NCBI GenBank assembly: GCA_964473825.1
Contig: CAYYQL010000051.1
Coordinates: 1 to 15,617 of the forward strand
Source of the DNA: an uncultured archaeon
GTDB lineage: Archaea > Asgardarchaeota > Thorarchaeia > Thorarchaeales > Thorarchaeaceae
Reading direction: 5' to 3'
DNA length: 15,617 bases
In this document: positions 15,150 to 15,617 of the stretch, piece after piece
How the letters are laid out: each line of letters begins with the position of its first letter
Numbering within the stretch: position 1 is the stretch's first letter
Position numbers and translations under genes: made by a program
The notes under the pieces: generated by a model
What the model was told of the DNA's origin: nothing
Databases searched by the model: none
Seen by the model: only the letters and a program-made list of their open reading frames with translations

Positions 15150-15617
15150 TCATTCGCCCACGTAATGGTGACTCTTATCGTCCTCAGCGTCAGCCATCAT
15201 TCTCAGGAGCTTGTTAAAGGCCTCCTGAATGTTCTCACCAGTCTTGGCAGATGTTTCGATGAAGACCGCTGGAACGTCGAGTTTCTTCATGAAGTATTCA
15301 GCGAATTGCTTGCCCTCAGCAGTTGAAACCCTTTCAGAATATGGTGCCAAATTTCGGATGTCAATCTTGTTTCCAATGATGATTGTCGGAGGCAGCTTGC
15401 CCATGTTGCGATAGGCTTCGACGAGCCACTTGCTCGCATTGTCGAATGAATCACGGTCAACCACCGAATACACTAGCAACAAGCCGTTGCAGCCATGATA
15501 ATAGTGCCCGCGTACTTTTTCGAAGGTCGGTTGGCCCGCCAGATCCCATATAATGAATTTCACAACTTCATCATCAAAGAGAACCTTCTTGGTCGCCAAG
15601 TCAACTCCGATTGTAGC
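15150..15617 (-). CDS. Rab-like small GTPase (Ras superfamily), 5' end outside the window
   Basis: The frame is open to the window edge. Motifs: ATIGVDL (G2/RabF1-like), KFIIWDLAGQ (G3), YYHGC, LLVYSV, GNKID (G4), ETSAK (G5). The P-loop lies beyond the edge, and there is no C-terminal Cys. Confidence 0.93.
   Translation of the reverse strand, partial: ATIGVDLATKKVLFDDEVVKFIIWDLAGQPTFEKVRGHYYHGCNGLLLVYSVVDRDSFDNASKWLVEAYRNMGKLPPTIIIGNKIDIRNLAPYSERVSTAEGKQFAEYFMKKLDVPAVFIETSAKTGENIQEAFNKLLRMMADAEDDKSHHYVGE

Noticed and set aside
998-15414. Numerous short ORFs antisense to or nested in assigned genes (e.g. 998-1450, 4881-5378, 9986-10444, 14985-15326)
   Set aside because: They are shadow frames of well-supported genes, with atypical composition and no motifs.
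1-15617. CRISPR array, tRNA, rRNA, transposase or defence island
   Set aside because: No regularly spaced direct repeats, cloverleaf or T-loop signature, rRNA motifs or transposase motifs were seen. The two methyltransferases lack DNA-MTase motifs (DPPY/NPPY/PC).

Overview
This is a gene-dense archaeal chromosomal window of moderate GC. It is most likely Asgard (Thorarchaeia-like), inferred from a Rab-like small GTPase, a PCI/DDRGK-like winged-helix membrane protein, a Zn-finger membrane protein and archaeal-type enzymes. The left half is mostly on the + strand: the 3' end of an unknown gene, an NAD-salvage unit (pncB, pncA, O-methyltransferase), a convergent class I methyltransferase (- strand), a winged-helix/2-TM protein, a TauE/SafE transporter, a Zn-finger multi-TM protein, and an SplB-like radical SAM protein with a C-terminal PolX-type helical domain. 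The right half is on the - strand: a partial Rab-like GTPase, CopA with a C-terminal YHS/TRASH domain, a GPH-type MFS transporter coupled to a Zfx-type zinc ferredoxin, an acyl-CoA dehydrogenase, and an exported Ig-like + EEP phosphoesterase. The halves converge on a 375-nt gap (7375-7749) with no convincing ORF. By eye, this gap folds into a nested multi-domain + strand RNA with a K-turn-like motif, and it is the best candidate for something undescribed. No tRNA, rRNA, CRISPR array or intact transposase was seen. All calls come from motif recognition by eye; no searches or folding programs were run.
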